Shown piece by piece: positions 10,455-21,998 of a stretch of 64,000 nt of DNA. Every line of letters begins with the position of its first letter. Within the stretch, counting starts at the first letter, position 1. Source of the stretch: an uncultured Nitrososphaerales archaeon (GTDB lineage Archaea; Thermoproteota; Nitrososphaeria; Nitrososphaerales; Nitrososphaeraceae); NCBI GenBank assembly GCA_963695855.1, contig CAVOHZ010000010.1, positions 1,184,001 through 1,248,000 on the forward strand. Direction: 5' to 3'. Both the position numbers and the translations under genes were made by a program. Below the pieces are notes generated by a model, which was given only the letters and a program-made list of their open reading frames with translations, searched no databases and was not told where the DNA came from.

Positions 10455-11030
10455 TTATTTTTCAACATCCATTCTTGTCGCTTCTAACGATAGTTTTCTT
10501 CCTCTCAAGCCTGCGACCAAAATTTGAATTCCAGTTATAAAAATCGATATTCCTATTAAAAAGCCTACAAATGCAAAACCAAATAGTGGTGACGCCATAA
10601 TATATGTTGCTATAGCAATAGATATTATTCCTACACCTATACTAAAGAACCTATTGAATTTGCTCTCTGATTTTTCACCAATCCCATGAGCTATACGAGC
10701 AAAACCATCAAACATCAAGGCCAAAGCAACAAACAGTACGAGTATAGACGTAGCACCAACTGGAAATGCTAATGCCAAACCAGCCAATATCACAACTAGA
10801 ACTCCCAAACCTATACTTGCAAGACGTGACTTACTCTTGAAGATAATCCCTGTTATAATCTTCTCAATTCCTACAATAAAGAACAGAATAGCAAGAAAAT
10901 ATACTAAAGATATAGTAGTAAGTCCAGGATATGTCATAACAATTAAGGATATAATTATAGCAATAGCTCCTAAACCAATTTGAGCAAATCGCATCAATCC
11001 ATGAGTTTTTGAATCAGATTCTCTTATCAT
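10455..11030 (-). CDS. HdeD/DUF308 family membrane protein
   Basis: About six short TM helices in repeated G-rich pairs. Confidence 0.8.
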   Translation of the reverse strand: MIRESDSKTHGLMRFAQIGLGAIAIIISLIVMTYPGLTTISLVYFLAILFFIVGIEKIITGIIFKSKSRLASIGLGVLVVILAGLALAFPVGATSILVLFVALALMFDGFARIAHGIGEKSESKFNRFFSIGVGIISIAIATYIMASPLFGFAFVGFLIGISIFITGIQILVAGLRGRKLSLEATRMDVEK

Positions 11031-11264
11031 TTGTAGAATACATGCGATAGTTATTCTGTATATATTCGTTGTTATTGTTTCGGTAACAATACGTTTTTTA
11101 ATAACAATACGTGTTTAAAATAAATATGCATGTTTATTAAAACAAAAAAATAATATTTCTAGTTTACAAGATCTTATATGGTTCAATAAATATAATATGA
11201 GACTTCAAAATACAATAAAAAAAATAAAAAATTTTAGATATTTTTATATCCAAAATTTAGTTAC

Positions 11265-11798
11265 TTACATTACTTTTTCTTCAAGTAGATTTTTAGCGTG
11301 TCCCTTTAACAGTTTTTGTAAAACTTCAGCGGCAAAATAACCTTTGGCAGTTTCTTTCAGGTCTAGAGTAGATATTCCTTCAGCTAAAGCGGTGAATTTT
11401 GGATGGTTTGCTTTGAAATGTGCTATCTCTGCTTGAATCTGCTCGTCTGTCATCATTTCTTCTAATGGTGAACTAGTTTGATTGCCTACTTTTTCTTCAA
11501 CTAGATTTTTAGCGTGGAATTTTAGCATTTTTTGTACAGCTTCAGCAGCAATGTATGCTTTGACAGTTTCTTTCAGGTCTAGAGTGGGTATTTGTTCAGC
11601 GATAGCAGCGAATTTTGGATGTTTTGCCTTGAAGTCTGCTATTTTTGCCTTGATCTCATCTTCTGTTAATGTGTAATCAGGGGCCATAGCTTGAGCAGGG
11701 GCAGTAGCTTGAGCAAATGCACTTCTAGGAACAGTTGTAAGTACTGCTGCACTTATTAAGAGAATTCCTAAAGTTAGGAATATTGATACATTTTTCAT
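11265..11798 (-). CDS. Secreted protein with two tandem HPKF...LDLKET...HAKNL repeats
   Basis: Signal peptide ending AFA plus two repeats homologous to 8203-8625. Confidence 0.85.
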   Translation of the reverse strand: MKNVSIFLTLGILLISAAVLTTVPRSAFAQATAPAQAMAPDYTLTEDEIKAKIADFKAKHPKFAAIAEQIPTLDLKETVKAYIAAEAVQKMLKFHAKNLVEEKVGNQTSSPLEEMMTDEQIQAEIAHFKANHPKFTALAEGISTLDLKETAKGYFAAEVLQKLLKGHAKNLLEEKVM

Positions 11799-12490
11799 AG
11801 TAAAAACACTTGATAAATATACTATAATATACTTTCGCTTATTCTCTTTATAGAAAATTATATTCTCTATAGAAGATTGTATTATACCTTTTCTTCTATA
11901 TAACTTTCAGGTAAAGATAGAAAGTTATACTTTAATCACTACATAAATAAAAGTTTTAAAACAAATTTTTAAGCTGTAATTATATATAAAAAACTAAAAA
12001 ATCTTTAAACCTAAATATGTATATACACATGTATACATATATCTAATTTTTATAAACCAAAATGATGACTCATAACACCTATCAGAAGAAACCCTATAAA
12101 TGCAAGTGAAAGCCCACAGATCGTATATGGTAGTATTTTGTTCTTAATGTTTTTATCGATTTTTGTTCTGAAAGAAGCTATACTCATTTTCCTATATAGT
12201 CTATAGATAGCATGTATATGAATTTTTTAATATTTACTAATGTTATATAACAATAGTATATTGTTAGGGAAAAATGTTCTAGATATAATGTTTATTTAAG
12301 CAGTATTTAGACTTATTTTGTGAGACCTAAGGAAGATAGAGGTTGAATTAGCTTTCAAATATTTTCCTAGCATAGATATTATTGCTATAAATCTATCTTA
12401 TTGTATGACCAAAAGTCCTACTACTTACAACATCAGACATGAAAAATACAGGTACTGAAAATTCTGATATTAATTTTGTTTATATTCGCA

Positions 12491-12753
12491 GGTGCTGTTA
12501 AGTTAACGAAAGATCTGAAACATCGATTACATTCACCATTTGAGAAAAGTCTGATTGAAAGAGTGATGCAGTATTTCAAGGATAGAACCAAATGTTTTGA
12601 TGATTACTATCCATGTAATAATATACAAAAGTGTTACCTACAGCATGTATACAATTGGATCTGGTTATTCATATATCTGTATAATGCAAAAATCAGAAAC
12701 AATATCGTATTCAAGATAGGTAGGAGGTGAGATATCTTTAACTTAACAGCACC
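12491..12753 (+). mobile_element. Internally deleted IS6-like element (263 bp)
   Basis: Perfect 16-bp IRs GGTGCTGTTAAGTTAA / TTAACTTAACAGCACC enclosing a transposase C-terminus (KSLIERVMQYFKDRT.CFDDYYPC). Confidence 0.85.
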
Positions 12754-12820
12754 TTCAGCATGAAATTAATATATTAAAATTTGGTACTGTATTGGATTAT
12801 ATACCATCATCTTTTTTTTG

Positions 12821-14326
12821 TTACTTTTTATCTTTTGTAGCAGTATTAGTTTTTTTAGATACTAAATCTTTTATAACATCAGATGTATTTTCTTTTAATA
12901 TCTCATATTGATCTTTAGTTATCTTTCCTCTAATAAATTCTTGTTTTAGGAATCTTAGATTACTCATTATTTTTTTAATAGCAATATCAGGATTATCTGA
13001 CAAATGTTGGTCAAGTATAGTTTTTAGGTGTTTATTGGCATTTCGTTTTTGAGAATATTCCTTGGTTGATCTCATAATAAATGGAATGAAAAAGGTGAAT
13101 ATAGCTCCAAGGAATACTGCAATATATTGGGAGGGTATTTCGTCAAAGTGAATTAAACGATTCCTTTCGTCAATAAGATTAAGATTCAAGTAAAGTATTT
13201 TATTGTATACGTTTTCTTGTGTTAATGAATTATTTAAACCAGATTCGATAAAATCATTTTCACCTATAACACTATAAGATAGGTTGAGGGGAACAACAAT
13301 ATTTTTCTGATGATAATTCGAATTAGCAATAATGTCAATAGGAATTACACCTTTCCCACCTAATATAGTAAAATGATTTCCTTGACTAAAATTAATTGAT
13401 AAATCATCAGAAAGATCTTTTTTTACGAGTTCAGCTTTCAGATTTAATTTGTATAAACCACTGTTATTGAATTCTAGACCAACCGAGGTTTTGCCATTGT
13501 TGATATTTATTGATTTTACTTCTAAATTCAGATCTGGATGTGGAACATGAATTTTTCCAAAAACATGGGAAAACTTGTAATCTTCTGATATTCTTCCAAC
13601 TTCAACCAACATTGCATAATTTGTAGGATAACCTATTTGGGCAAGGTCCAAAGTAACCTTAAAGCCACTTGGGATAATAGACAAATATTGTTTAGTAAGA
13701 TTGGAGGAAAACAATAGAGGTTGAAAGTCATAGTCTAAGAGTTCATATCCTCGTATACTCCAGCCAAGTTTTTCAATTAAATCTTTAGAATTTATTGTTC
13801 TTTTAATTATTTCATTTAGTTGCTCACCTTCAAGAATCTCAATATGGTTTGAATGATTTTGTGTAAGACTCGAAATGTTTGTAGTAGAACTTGACTTGTT
13901 ATTATTATTGTAAAAATTTGGATTGTTATTGGTTAATAAATATCTATAATTATAACCTAAGAAACCAGTTGTTTCGTCATGATCAGAGTCTACAAATATA
14001 TTAATAAAAAGGTTCTGTGGAACAGTAGTACTATTTAATATTGCATTTTTTAGTTTATCTAGAAAATCATTAAATAAAAATTTTATTTCAAGATGAGTAC
14101 CATTACTTGATACATATACTTTGTCTAGATCACTACTTTGTAGTAAATAGTTAAGAGTTTTATTGGAACCATCATCTGCACCATGATATATATAATTTTG
14201 TATTTCTTTATTTAGGAATTCGGTTTTTAATTTTGGAGAAGATCCATATACATCAGAATATAAAAAAGTAAGACAAACCATAAAAGAAAGAAAGAAAAAA
14301 ATAGCAGCAGGAATTGCAGTTTTCAA
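12821..14326 (-). CDS. Hypothetical secreted protein with C-terminal membrane anchor
   Basis: 501 aa; N-terminal hydrophobic segment, DSDHDETTG loop, C-terminal TM and GKITKDQYEIL tail. Confidence 0.8.
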   Translation of the reverse strand: MKTAIPAAIFFFLSFMVCLTFLYSDVYGSSPKLKTEFLNKEIQNYIYHGADDGSNKTLNYLLQSSDLDKVYVSSNGTHLEIKFLFNDFLDKLKNAILNSTTVPQNLFINIFVDSDHDETTGFLGYNYRYLLTNNNPNFYNNNNKSSSTTNISSLTQNHSNHIEILEGEQLNEIIKRTINSKDLIEKLGWSIRGYELLDYDFQPLLFSSNLTKQYLSIIPSGFKVTLDLAQIGYPTNYAMLVEVGRISEDYKFSHVFGKIHVPHPDLNLEVKSININNGKTSVGLEFNNSGLYKLNLKAELVKKDLSDDLSINFSQGNHFTILGGKGVIPIDIIANSNYHQKNIVVPLNLSYSVIGENDFIESGLNNSLTQENVYNKILYLNLNLIDERNRLIHFDEIPSQYIAVFLGAIFTFFIPFIMRSTKEYSQKRNANKHLKTILDQHLSDNPDIAIKKIMSNLRFLKQEFIRGKITKDQYEILKENTSDVIKDLVSKKTNTATKDKK

Positions 14327-14398
14327 TAATAAATTTTCATATACTTTCCAATTTTAATTTTTTTATTGACTTTTAGATTTGTAATCTCCTAAAATATG

Positions 14399-14650
14399 AG
14401 CTCTGTTCAGATAAGCAGCGAAAGCTATAGCTGAGGATGTTCTAAATATACCATGAAAATCAAATTTGAAAGAAATAAAACATCTTCTTCTTTTATTGTA
14501 ATGTATTCTGTTTATCTATACTTTCTTGGTTTATTTAAGTTTAAGAAATACTTCCAAGGCATTAACTATATTTAGAGATCAGAAGAGAAGTTATGTTTAT
14601 GTTTGGAATTGGATTCAGATATTCGGATCCTGCGATATATATAAAAAAAA
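14399..14650 (+). mobile_element. IS6-like left end with degraded transposase N-terminus
   Basis: AGCTCTGTTCAGATAAG end, then MKIKFERNKT..YSVYLYFLGL..RNTSKAL..KRSYVYVWNWIQ with frameshifts; homologous to 63796-64000. Confidence 0.75.
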
Positions 14651-14847
14651 GAATAAAACTTATGTAATGGAGCAGTAGGAAGTGGGAATCAAGTTAATTG
14701 TGATGTTACTGTGATAGATGATATAGATTAAATTTTGACGAATTAGGTAAAGCAGTATTTGAAAAATATTCATAAATAGTAGATGAAATGGTTAATAGTA
14801 TTAAAATAACAAAGCCAAATTTTGAAGGAATAAACTGTTAATTAATT

Positions 14848-15275
14848 GAGGCTAGGTCATAATTATTTTTCCATTTTCATAACGAATAAAGCTAGTTTAT
14901 TGGTGTATGATGTTTTGGTGAAACACTATACAAACCAACAAACTAACACAAAATAGATCAGAATCTCTCCTAATTAGGATTTTGTATTTGATTGGTTTGA
15001 TTCGTTGGCCACATAACAATAATAATAAAACAAGACGTGAAACACTATATTTCTATTCCCATAGTGTTATACTGAAATGTTTTATTGTTCGTATATGGTT
15101 TCGATTAGATTCCAACAGAGCATTGCATGAATATCTTGCAATTGATCTATCATATAACAGAAAGATAATGAAACGATGTGTATTATCCAAGGTACAAAGC
15201 AGAAGAACATTCGACTGACGCCCTGGTACAATATCAGGGGTATAAAAAACAGGATTACTGCTATGAGTGAATATG
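14848..15275 (+). mobile_element. Truncated, diverged copy of the IS at 16843-18011
   Basis: Same left IR (GAGGCTAGGTCATAATT), same leader, transposase start MYLIGLIRWPHN..VRIWFRLDSNRALHEYL; stops at 15218. Confidence 0.9.
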
Positions 15276-15320
15276 ATCCCAGTTCCAATCAGTTAAAAAA
15301 AGAAAAAAAAGAAAGAAAAT

Positions 15321-15743
15321 TTATCCAGGGAACGGGATTATTCCTGATATGAATTCTGGAACTTCAGACCTTAGTTGATTGTTAAAGTCCAAGTTGATGC
15401 ATATATTTACAAGATTCTTGTTAAAGTTTATATCTCCAACGCCATCACCATTTTGTTGACCGTTTACTGCTGTTTCAGTATCCTGTAACTCATTTGTTGC
15501 AACGCCATCCTCTGGAATCTCGGTGATATCTACACCATTTACATTGATGTTGCTGTTGATACATTTTATTTTCTGGATATTTACATCAGTCTTTTTTGCA
15601 TGACTATCATATCCATATCCATTTCCATATTCATCACCATATGGTTCTGCTTGCGCAGTTGTAATCATTGATGGGAATAGAGTGAACAGACTTGCTGCTA
15701 CTGCCAGCACAATTGAAGCCAACACTACTTTATGATCGTTCAT
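15321..15743 (-). CDS. Secreted hypothetical protein of the IQKIKC.NSN.NVNG...NLVNIC.N family
   Basis: Signal peptide; paralog of 50236-50853 and 51051-51730. Confidence 0.85.
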   Translation of the reverse strand: MNDHKVVLASIVLAVAASLFTLFPSMITTAQAEPYGDEYGNGYGYDSHAKKTDVNIQKIKCINSNINVNGVDITEIPEDGVATNELQDTETAVNGQQNGDGVGDINFNKNLVNICINLDFNNQLRSEVPEFISGIIPFPG

Positions 15744-16842
15744 TACATTGTTAATTAGAATTATAATATATGAAAGATTGGAAGGAAGATTATATGATCT
15801 TGTAATATGTTATCATTCCGAATTATTGACAATAAAAAGAATAGCAATTGTTGTTCGGGTATGACATGAAATTGTATCATGCGTATTCTTCAATAGGTTA
15901 TTTTTTATTCTCTCATATTCTTGTCTTGTCTGTTCTTGTACCAGACTGGAAACTCTTTGATCATAAAAGATTAACAGACTTATTACCGAACGCCTAAAAG
16001 ACTACCTGAAAAAGAAAACAGAAGAAGAGAAGAGAAAAAAATTAGAACAAAATGATTGAATTCTTGTTACTGAAAATTTAAGTATCTAGAATTCCATAAT
16101 ATTATTGCCACTGGTAAATTCTCTATAGTGAGAAGACTAGTTCGGTTGTTCAAGCAATATGCTACGATGATCAAATGTCATCATAATACACGTTTCTCTA
16201 CTATCGAGATTTTTATACTTTATTTAGTGGTGTTGGAGAGAAAAAGAATTGCAAGTAATGAATGGATATCTAGTCATTCGCTCCATTGTGACTGATATCT
16301 CATAATTTGCACAATCTTTGCTCTATCCCTCTCTCCAACTATTATACTAACCAAGATTATTTTTTAAAGAATGTTACAGTTAGATAGATTGATAGATTGA
16401 TAAACTGTTAAATATTTCGTGATTCTTCTGTTAATACGTAACTGATTAACTGTTTACCCTGGTCCAGATGATTTTTGTAAGTCTGCATCTGTGTCTTCTA
16501 AATATGCTCTTATCTTTCTGTTGATTGATAGGCTTTAACTTTCTTGGTTTTATGGAATCACCGTTTAGTAACTTTCTAGAGTATGTATTGTCTATTCCGA
16601 AATGTCGTTTATCAGCATGTAAGAGAGACCAAGTGAGTATAGTATTATACATACAAGATGTGAACAACTATCCATTTCCTTTGGAAAACTAGCGACAACG
16701 ATAGAAATGAGATGAAAAAAAGGACCCAAAGATTCTATAGAATGAACCAAAGAAAAGAAGTATGAAACTATTGTATCGGTCATAAAGATATTATTTGGAG
16801 AATATGTCATGTAGAGACGATACGAATGCAGAATAGATAACT

Positions 16843-18011
16843 GAGGCTGGGTCATAATTATTCCATTTTCAAAACGAATAAAGCTAGTTTATTGGTGTAT
16901 GATGTTTTGGTGTAACTATCATCCAAACCAACAAACTAGCACAGCAGAAGAGATCAACATCTATTCTAATTAGTATTTTGTATTTGATTGGTTTGATTCA
17001 TTGGCCACATAACAGTAGAGGAGGAGGACGTGGTAGACCATATCTCTATTCTCCTACTGTTATTTTGAGATGTTTTGTAGTACGTATATGGTTTCGATTG
17101 GATTCCAACAGAGCATTGCATGAATACCTTGGAATGGAGATGCCATATAACAAAAAGGTAATGAGGGAATGTGGACTATCCAGAATACCTAGCAGACGAA
17201 CATTTGATAGACGTCTTGCTACGATATCTAATGATATCAAAAACAGAATTACTACAATGGGTAAACTTTTTGTGCATGATAAAATAATTGATCCATCTAT
17301 TCTTTCAGCAGACAGTACTCTTGTAAAGGCTAAAGGTCATGTATGGCACAAATCCTCTATAAAGAAGAAAGTAGTACCTCGTTCCGGTATCGATACAGAT
17401 GCAATGTGGGGAATTAGCCATACAAAGGGCTGGATATTTGGATACAAATTACATTTGATATCAAGTACAGGTTCTGTTATTGTACCTTTGGCAGCAGACT
17501 TTACAACTGCCAACATACCAGACAATCAGATGTACAGTATATTGACAGCAAGTCTTCCGTTTACAATGATTAAAAGAACATTATACATGTCTGCAGATCC
17601 TGGATACGATGATCATGAACTGTACGATCTTAGTACAGATATGGGATTTCAACTAGTGTGTCCAGTAAAGAGATATAGAAATACACCCTCTGACAGAATA
17701 AAACTGATAGAATTTTATGAATCTGAAGTTGGACAGACTATCTATTCTCTCAGAAGTATATCAATTGAACCATTGATAGAACATATCAAATCTGTCTTTA
17801 GAATAGATCCATTACCTGTGAGAGGATATGCCAAGGCTTCTTCAGTAGTACTACTATCAGTACTGCTCTATCAGATACTTGTGTATTATAACTGTAAAAC
17901 TAGAAAAGATAATCCAAGAGCAATCAAATACATGCTAGGAACATAATGACTGAAAACATCCTACTATTGTTAGCATCATAAAATTTGTTTATTGAATTAT
18001 GACCCACTCTC
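16843..18011 (+). mobile_element. Intact insertion sequence (1169 bp), DDE_Tnp_1-type (IS4/IS5/IS982-like; family not resolved)
   Basis: IRs GAGGCTGGGTCATAATT / AATTATGACCCACTCTC (15/17 match); 8-bp TSD AGATAACT at 16835-16842 and 18012-18019. Confidence 0.93.
16978..17946 (+). CDS. DDE transposase (true start may lie upstream)
   Basis: ADSTLV, GWIFGYKLHLI, ADPGYD, YSLRSISIEPLIEHIK. Confidence 0.92.
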   Translation: MYLIGLIHWPHNSRGGGRGRPYLYSPTVILRCFVVRIWFRLDSNRALHEYLGMEMPYNKKVMRECGLSRIPSRRTFDRRLATISNDIKNRITTMGKLFVHDKIIDPSILSADSTLVKAKGHVWHKSSIKKKVVPRSGIDTDAMWGISHTKGWIFGYKLHLISSTGSVIVPLAADFTTANIPDNQMYSILTASLPFTMIKRTLYMSADPGYDDHELYDLSTDMGFQLVCPVKRYRNTPSDRIKLIEFYESEVGQTIYSLRSISIEPLIEHIKSVFRIDPLPVRGYAKASSVVLLSVLLYQILVYYNCKTRKDNPRAIKYMLGT

Positions 18012-18476
18012 AGATAACTAGTCTTTAGGTATTGGGTTCAACGTTGATAGCCTGATAGGTTAGTAGTTATTCTTATATGCCTTAAACAAATCTATCTTAA
18101 TCAAAATATAGATCTACACATCACTTAAAGTCCAAAGGAATTAGTGTCATAGTGATTGTATTTTACTAATTTTTCTAACCTTATTTTGAACTATGTCCTC
18201 TACTTGATGAATTGTATCAAATATTATTTTGACTATAATATCATACATCCAATAAATTATGTTTCAGGTTAATACATTATCTATCGATTTAATACTTTTA
18301 TCAACTGCGATTTCATTGTGATTGACAATTGACCAAGATATGTGCCTTTTGCATACAATTCTAATATGGTAATCTAACCAAAAAACTTTATCAAAAATGA
18401 TTGTAAAAAAGTTATTTACTTTGTATACAGAAACATAACTTTATTTTAACATTTTTATGATCGTTTATTATATATA

Positions 18477-19571
18477 GTGACATTATACAAATTGCAACCA
18501 AATAACGCGGTTTTAGGAAAAGAAGCGGAGCTGGCCATGAAAGTAGATAACAACAGAATAAAATGTACTGCTTGTGCAAGATATTGTCAAATACCAGAGG
18601 GAAAAATTGGGTTATGTGGGATTCGCGGAGTAATTGACAACAAATTATTTCTATTCTCTTACGGAAGAGTTATTTCAGGTAATATTGACCCTATCGAAAA
18701 GAAACCTGTATCGCACTATATGCCTGGGACATCAATTTATTCGATCGCTACTACTGGTTGCAACTGGTTATGTAAGTATTGTCAGAATTACGATATCTCT
18801 CAGAGAAGAAAGATTGAAGGTATAGAAATGTCACCCTACAAAGTAATAGAAACTGCAAAAAAATATGGAGTGGAAGGGATTGCATATACATATAATGAAC
18901 CATCAATTTTTATGGAATTTGCCAAAGACTGTGGATTACAAGCACATAAAAATAATATTTTCAATATTTTTGTCTCCAATGGATACCTTACTCCTGAATC
19001 TATTAACATGGCTAAAAGCTTCCTAGATTGCATAACTGTTGATTTTAAGGGCAGTGGAGAACAAAGTTTCGTTAAGAAGTATATAGGAATTCCTTCTTCT
19101 GATCCAATTTTTCGATCTCTTAAAGAAATTAAAAACCATACCGATATTCATATAGAGATCACAGATCTTATTGTTCCAGAAGTAGGTGACGATTTAATAG
19201 CTGCAAGAAAATTATGTAAATTTATATATGATGAATTAGGAGATGATATCCCGATACATTTTTTACGATTTCATCCAGATTATAAGATGATGGAATTTCC
19301 ATTAACTCCTGTTGAAACACTTGAAAAGCATTATAACATTGCTAAAAATGAAGGTCTAAAATATGTTTATATTGGAAATGTACCAGGACATAAACTAGAA
19401 CATACCTATTGTCCAGAATGTGGAATGATTGTAATCCAACGTTATGGATTTGATATCATTTCGTGGAATCTTGATAAAGAGAATAGATGCAGACATTGTT
19501 CTAAACCGATTTCGATAATTGGTAAACCTAAAAAAATAGGAATGAGAAATAGATTCCAAATTATTAACTAA
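18477..19571 (+). CDS. amrS: AmmeMemoRadiSam system radical SAM enzyme
   Basis: CTACARYC, G.CG.R, DPIEKKP, GCNWLCKYCQN, AYTYNEP, RFHPDY, YVYIGNVPGH, TYCPECG. Confidence 0.9.
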   Translation: MTLYKLQPNNAVLGKEAELAMKVDNNRIKCTACARYCQIPEGKIGLCGIRGVIDNKLFLFSYGRVISGNIDPIEKKPVSHYMPGTSIYSIATTGCNWLCKYCQNYDISQRRKIEGIEMSPYKVIETAKKYGVEGIAYTYNEPSIFMEFAKDCGLQAHKNNIFNIFVSNGYLTPESINMAKSFLDCITVDFKGSGEQSFVKKYIGIPSSDPIFRSLKEIKNHTDIHIEITDLIVPEVGDDLIAARKLCKFIYDELGDDIPIHFLRFHPDYKMMEFPLTPVETLEKHYNIAKNEGLKYVYIGNVPGHKLEHTYCPECGMIVIQRYGFDIISWNLDKENRCRHCSKPISIIGKPKKIGMRNRFQIIN

Positions 19572-20057
19572 TCAAGATTGAATAAAATTTAAGTAACTAG
19601 TAACATATTACAATTAGATAAGACACCCATTAAATAAGTATCATACTGTAATTTTATATAAGGAATCAAATGGATTTTCTAAAGGAATTTTTTAGTATAT
19701 TTGAATCCAGCAGGGATACTACATTCTCTTACTTTAGATTATAAAGCTTATCAGTTTCCATCTTCAACACTTTCAAGGAAGATGGTCAGCCATACAAACG
19801 ATGATACTACATCCGATTGTGTTAACTGGAGGTGTTAATATAAGGAAATAGATTTAGCTGTCAATACGTAATTCTAATAGATTTATTGTTAAAGTTTGTC
19901 AAAATAGAGCAGCCACCTGTATTCTAATACTCTTTGCTTTCATACTTTATTGGTATCTCAATATAGAACATGTCAAATATCTTAACTTGATTGACGCTCG
20001 TAAATAAGAAATAAGAAATATGAGTATAAATATTCATAGTAACATATTATTTATTAA

Positions 20058-20387
20058 TTGAATGACAAAATGGTAATTACTGCAGAAATTAGTATAATCC
20101 CAATACGCCTAAATAATAAAACAACAGGTATGAGTAAAGAAATTGCAGCTGTATATGATGCTATAAAGGAAATAGACGATACTAAAATTACTCTTACTGG
20201 TATGGGTACTCAAATCGAAACTAGAAATTTAGAAAGGATTCTAAACATTATAGAGATATCACATAAAACACTCAGAGAAATAGGTGTCAAACGAATAATC
20301 TCATCAATAAGAATTGATGAGAGATTAGACAAGTCTCAGACGTTAAATAATAAAATAACGTCCGTAAAACAAAAGCTTAAAAAATAA
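20058..20387 (+). CDS. MTH1187/YkoF-like thiamine-binding protein
   Basis: AEISIIPI, LTGMGTQIE, RIISSIRIDERLDK. Confidence 0.85.
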   Translation: MNDKMVITAEISIIPIRLNNKTTGMSKEIAAVYDAIKEIDDTKITLTGMGTQIETRNLERILNIIEISHKTLREIGVKRIISSIRIDERLDKSQTLNNKITSVKQKLKK

Positions 20388-20499
20388 AAGAGAATAATTG
20401 ACCAGAGATTTTATTTTTTTTATTTTTTTTATTTTTATTCTTTATAACGAATAACAGAATTCATAAAAGCTATCTTTTCTCCTTTAACATTTTGTATTA

Positions 20500-21791
20500 T
20501 TAATTATCGAGTATGTCCAACATACATATAATAGGAAAATGATCACTATAACCCGAATTGTTTTCTCTTCCTCGAGGAAAATTCTTATCAATTTCATATT
20601 GTTTGGTATTATCATTATAGTATTTTTTTTGAAATACAAATTCTGTAGGATTATCTTTCAACGATGGATGAATTTTTGTCTTATCTAGATAATAGTATTC
20701 GTTAATACTGTCATTAAATTTATCATAGGAAAGATTATCTACAAGTCTTAAGCCTTGGTAAAATATCTTTATACTGTTATCTCTAAATTTTAATTTCTGT
20801 TTTCCGCGATAAAGTCCCTGAGAGATAATAAATTGGTCAAAAAGGCTCCATCGTTTTGTTTTCCAATAGTATATAGTACCACCAGGAACGTTTGGATCAA
20901 TATCTGTATTTCCGATAGAATGCGGGTCAGCTACAAATTTCATCATAGGATTATATAAGCAAACGGGTTCTTCTAGGTAGTATTTTCTGAATGATACATC
21001 TACAGAACTTTTTTCTTCTCTAGCTCTTAATTCAAATATTTCTTTCCATTCTTTACAATATCTAATGTTAAAAACGGCATTTAAATATCTAGTTATACTT
21101 TCATCATACGGGTCATCATTGAAATCTCCCATTAACAGAATATTTTTGTTTAATTCGTAGTCAAGTTTCATTATATGAGGCATTTTATATACTTCCTCAG
21201 TAGGAACTTTTAGTAATGTATCAACTATTTTCCACATTTCTCTGCTACACTATTTCTAGCCTGAGCAGTATCATTTGGCTGGCATGCTTCATATTTTCCT
21301 CTTCTCGAAGGCCAATGATTGACCAGAACGTACAAATCAGAATTATTTTCTTTGACCTTGAGATGTGCTTGGAATATGTTCCTAGTGGGATATCTGAAAT
21401 CAATATTATATGCATTAGTGTCTAAACAATCAAATTTATATTTAGAATACACTAAACAAGTATCTATTCCTCGTAGATCTGGACTATCATTATATTGGGC
21501 TATTGCATATTTATCAGGATTTATTTTCTCTATTAATTTATCAAGTATGTTTTTATTTTCTACTTCGCATAAGCCTAGTAAATCTGGCCCATACTCAATA
21601 CTTTCATTCTCTTCATTATACTTCATAGATTTAATAATTTTAGATAGGTTTTCCACCTTGATATCGCGTACTTCCTTGTTCCACCCCTTTTCAGGAGTAA
21701 ACTCAAAATCGGTTGCTATCTCATTTTTTTCTATATCAAAGAGGTTTCCTACATTCCAGAATGCTATTTTAATATTTTTTTGTTGGGTCAC
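20500..21791 (-). pseudogene. Endonuclease/exonuclease/phosphatase (EEP) family gene split by a frameshift at ~21228-21231
   Basis: ORF 21225-21791 has FWNVGNLFD, LCEVEN, RGID, VNHWPSR; ORF 20500-21237 has MGDFND, FDQF, GYSDHFPI. One extra A restores EKCGKIVDTLL. Confidence 0.85.
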
Positions 21792-21998
21792 ACTTCCAAT
21801 TTGTTTTCTTTTTTAATAATGGTTTTGATATGATTCTTTCTTTTTCTATACCGAAAAATTAACGAATGTATTAAAGTTATGGGATTCGAAAAAATAATTC
21901 AAAATTTTATTATTAATTGTATCTATTAGTTTAGAAATTAGTACTATAGAAAAAAAATGATCGATAGTAATATATGCATCATTTGATTAATAGATTAA

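Larger units (their letters stand above)
16715..18060 (+). pseudogene. Degenerate DDE transposase C-terminus interrupted by the IS at 16843
   Basis: Joining the flanks across the TSD gives NQRK..ETIVSVIK.LFGEYVM....RMQNR.LVFR...FNVD, resembling an archaeal IS5/IS4-type transposase C-terminus with stops. Confidence 0.6.

Noticed and set aside
4445-19571. PflX and AmrS radical SAM genes as one novel pathway
   Set aside because: They are 13 kb apart, both are common archaeal families, and no partner genes link them here.
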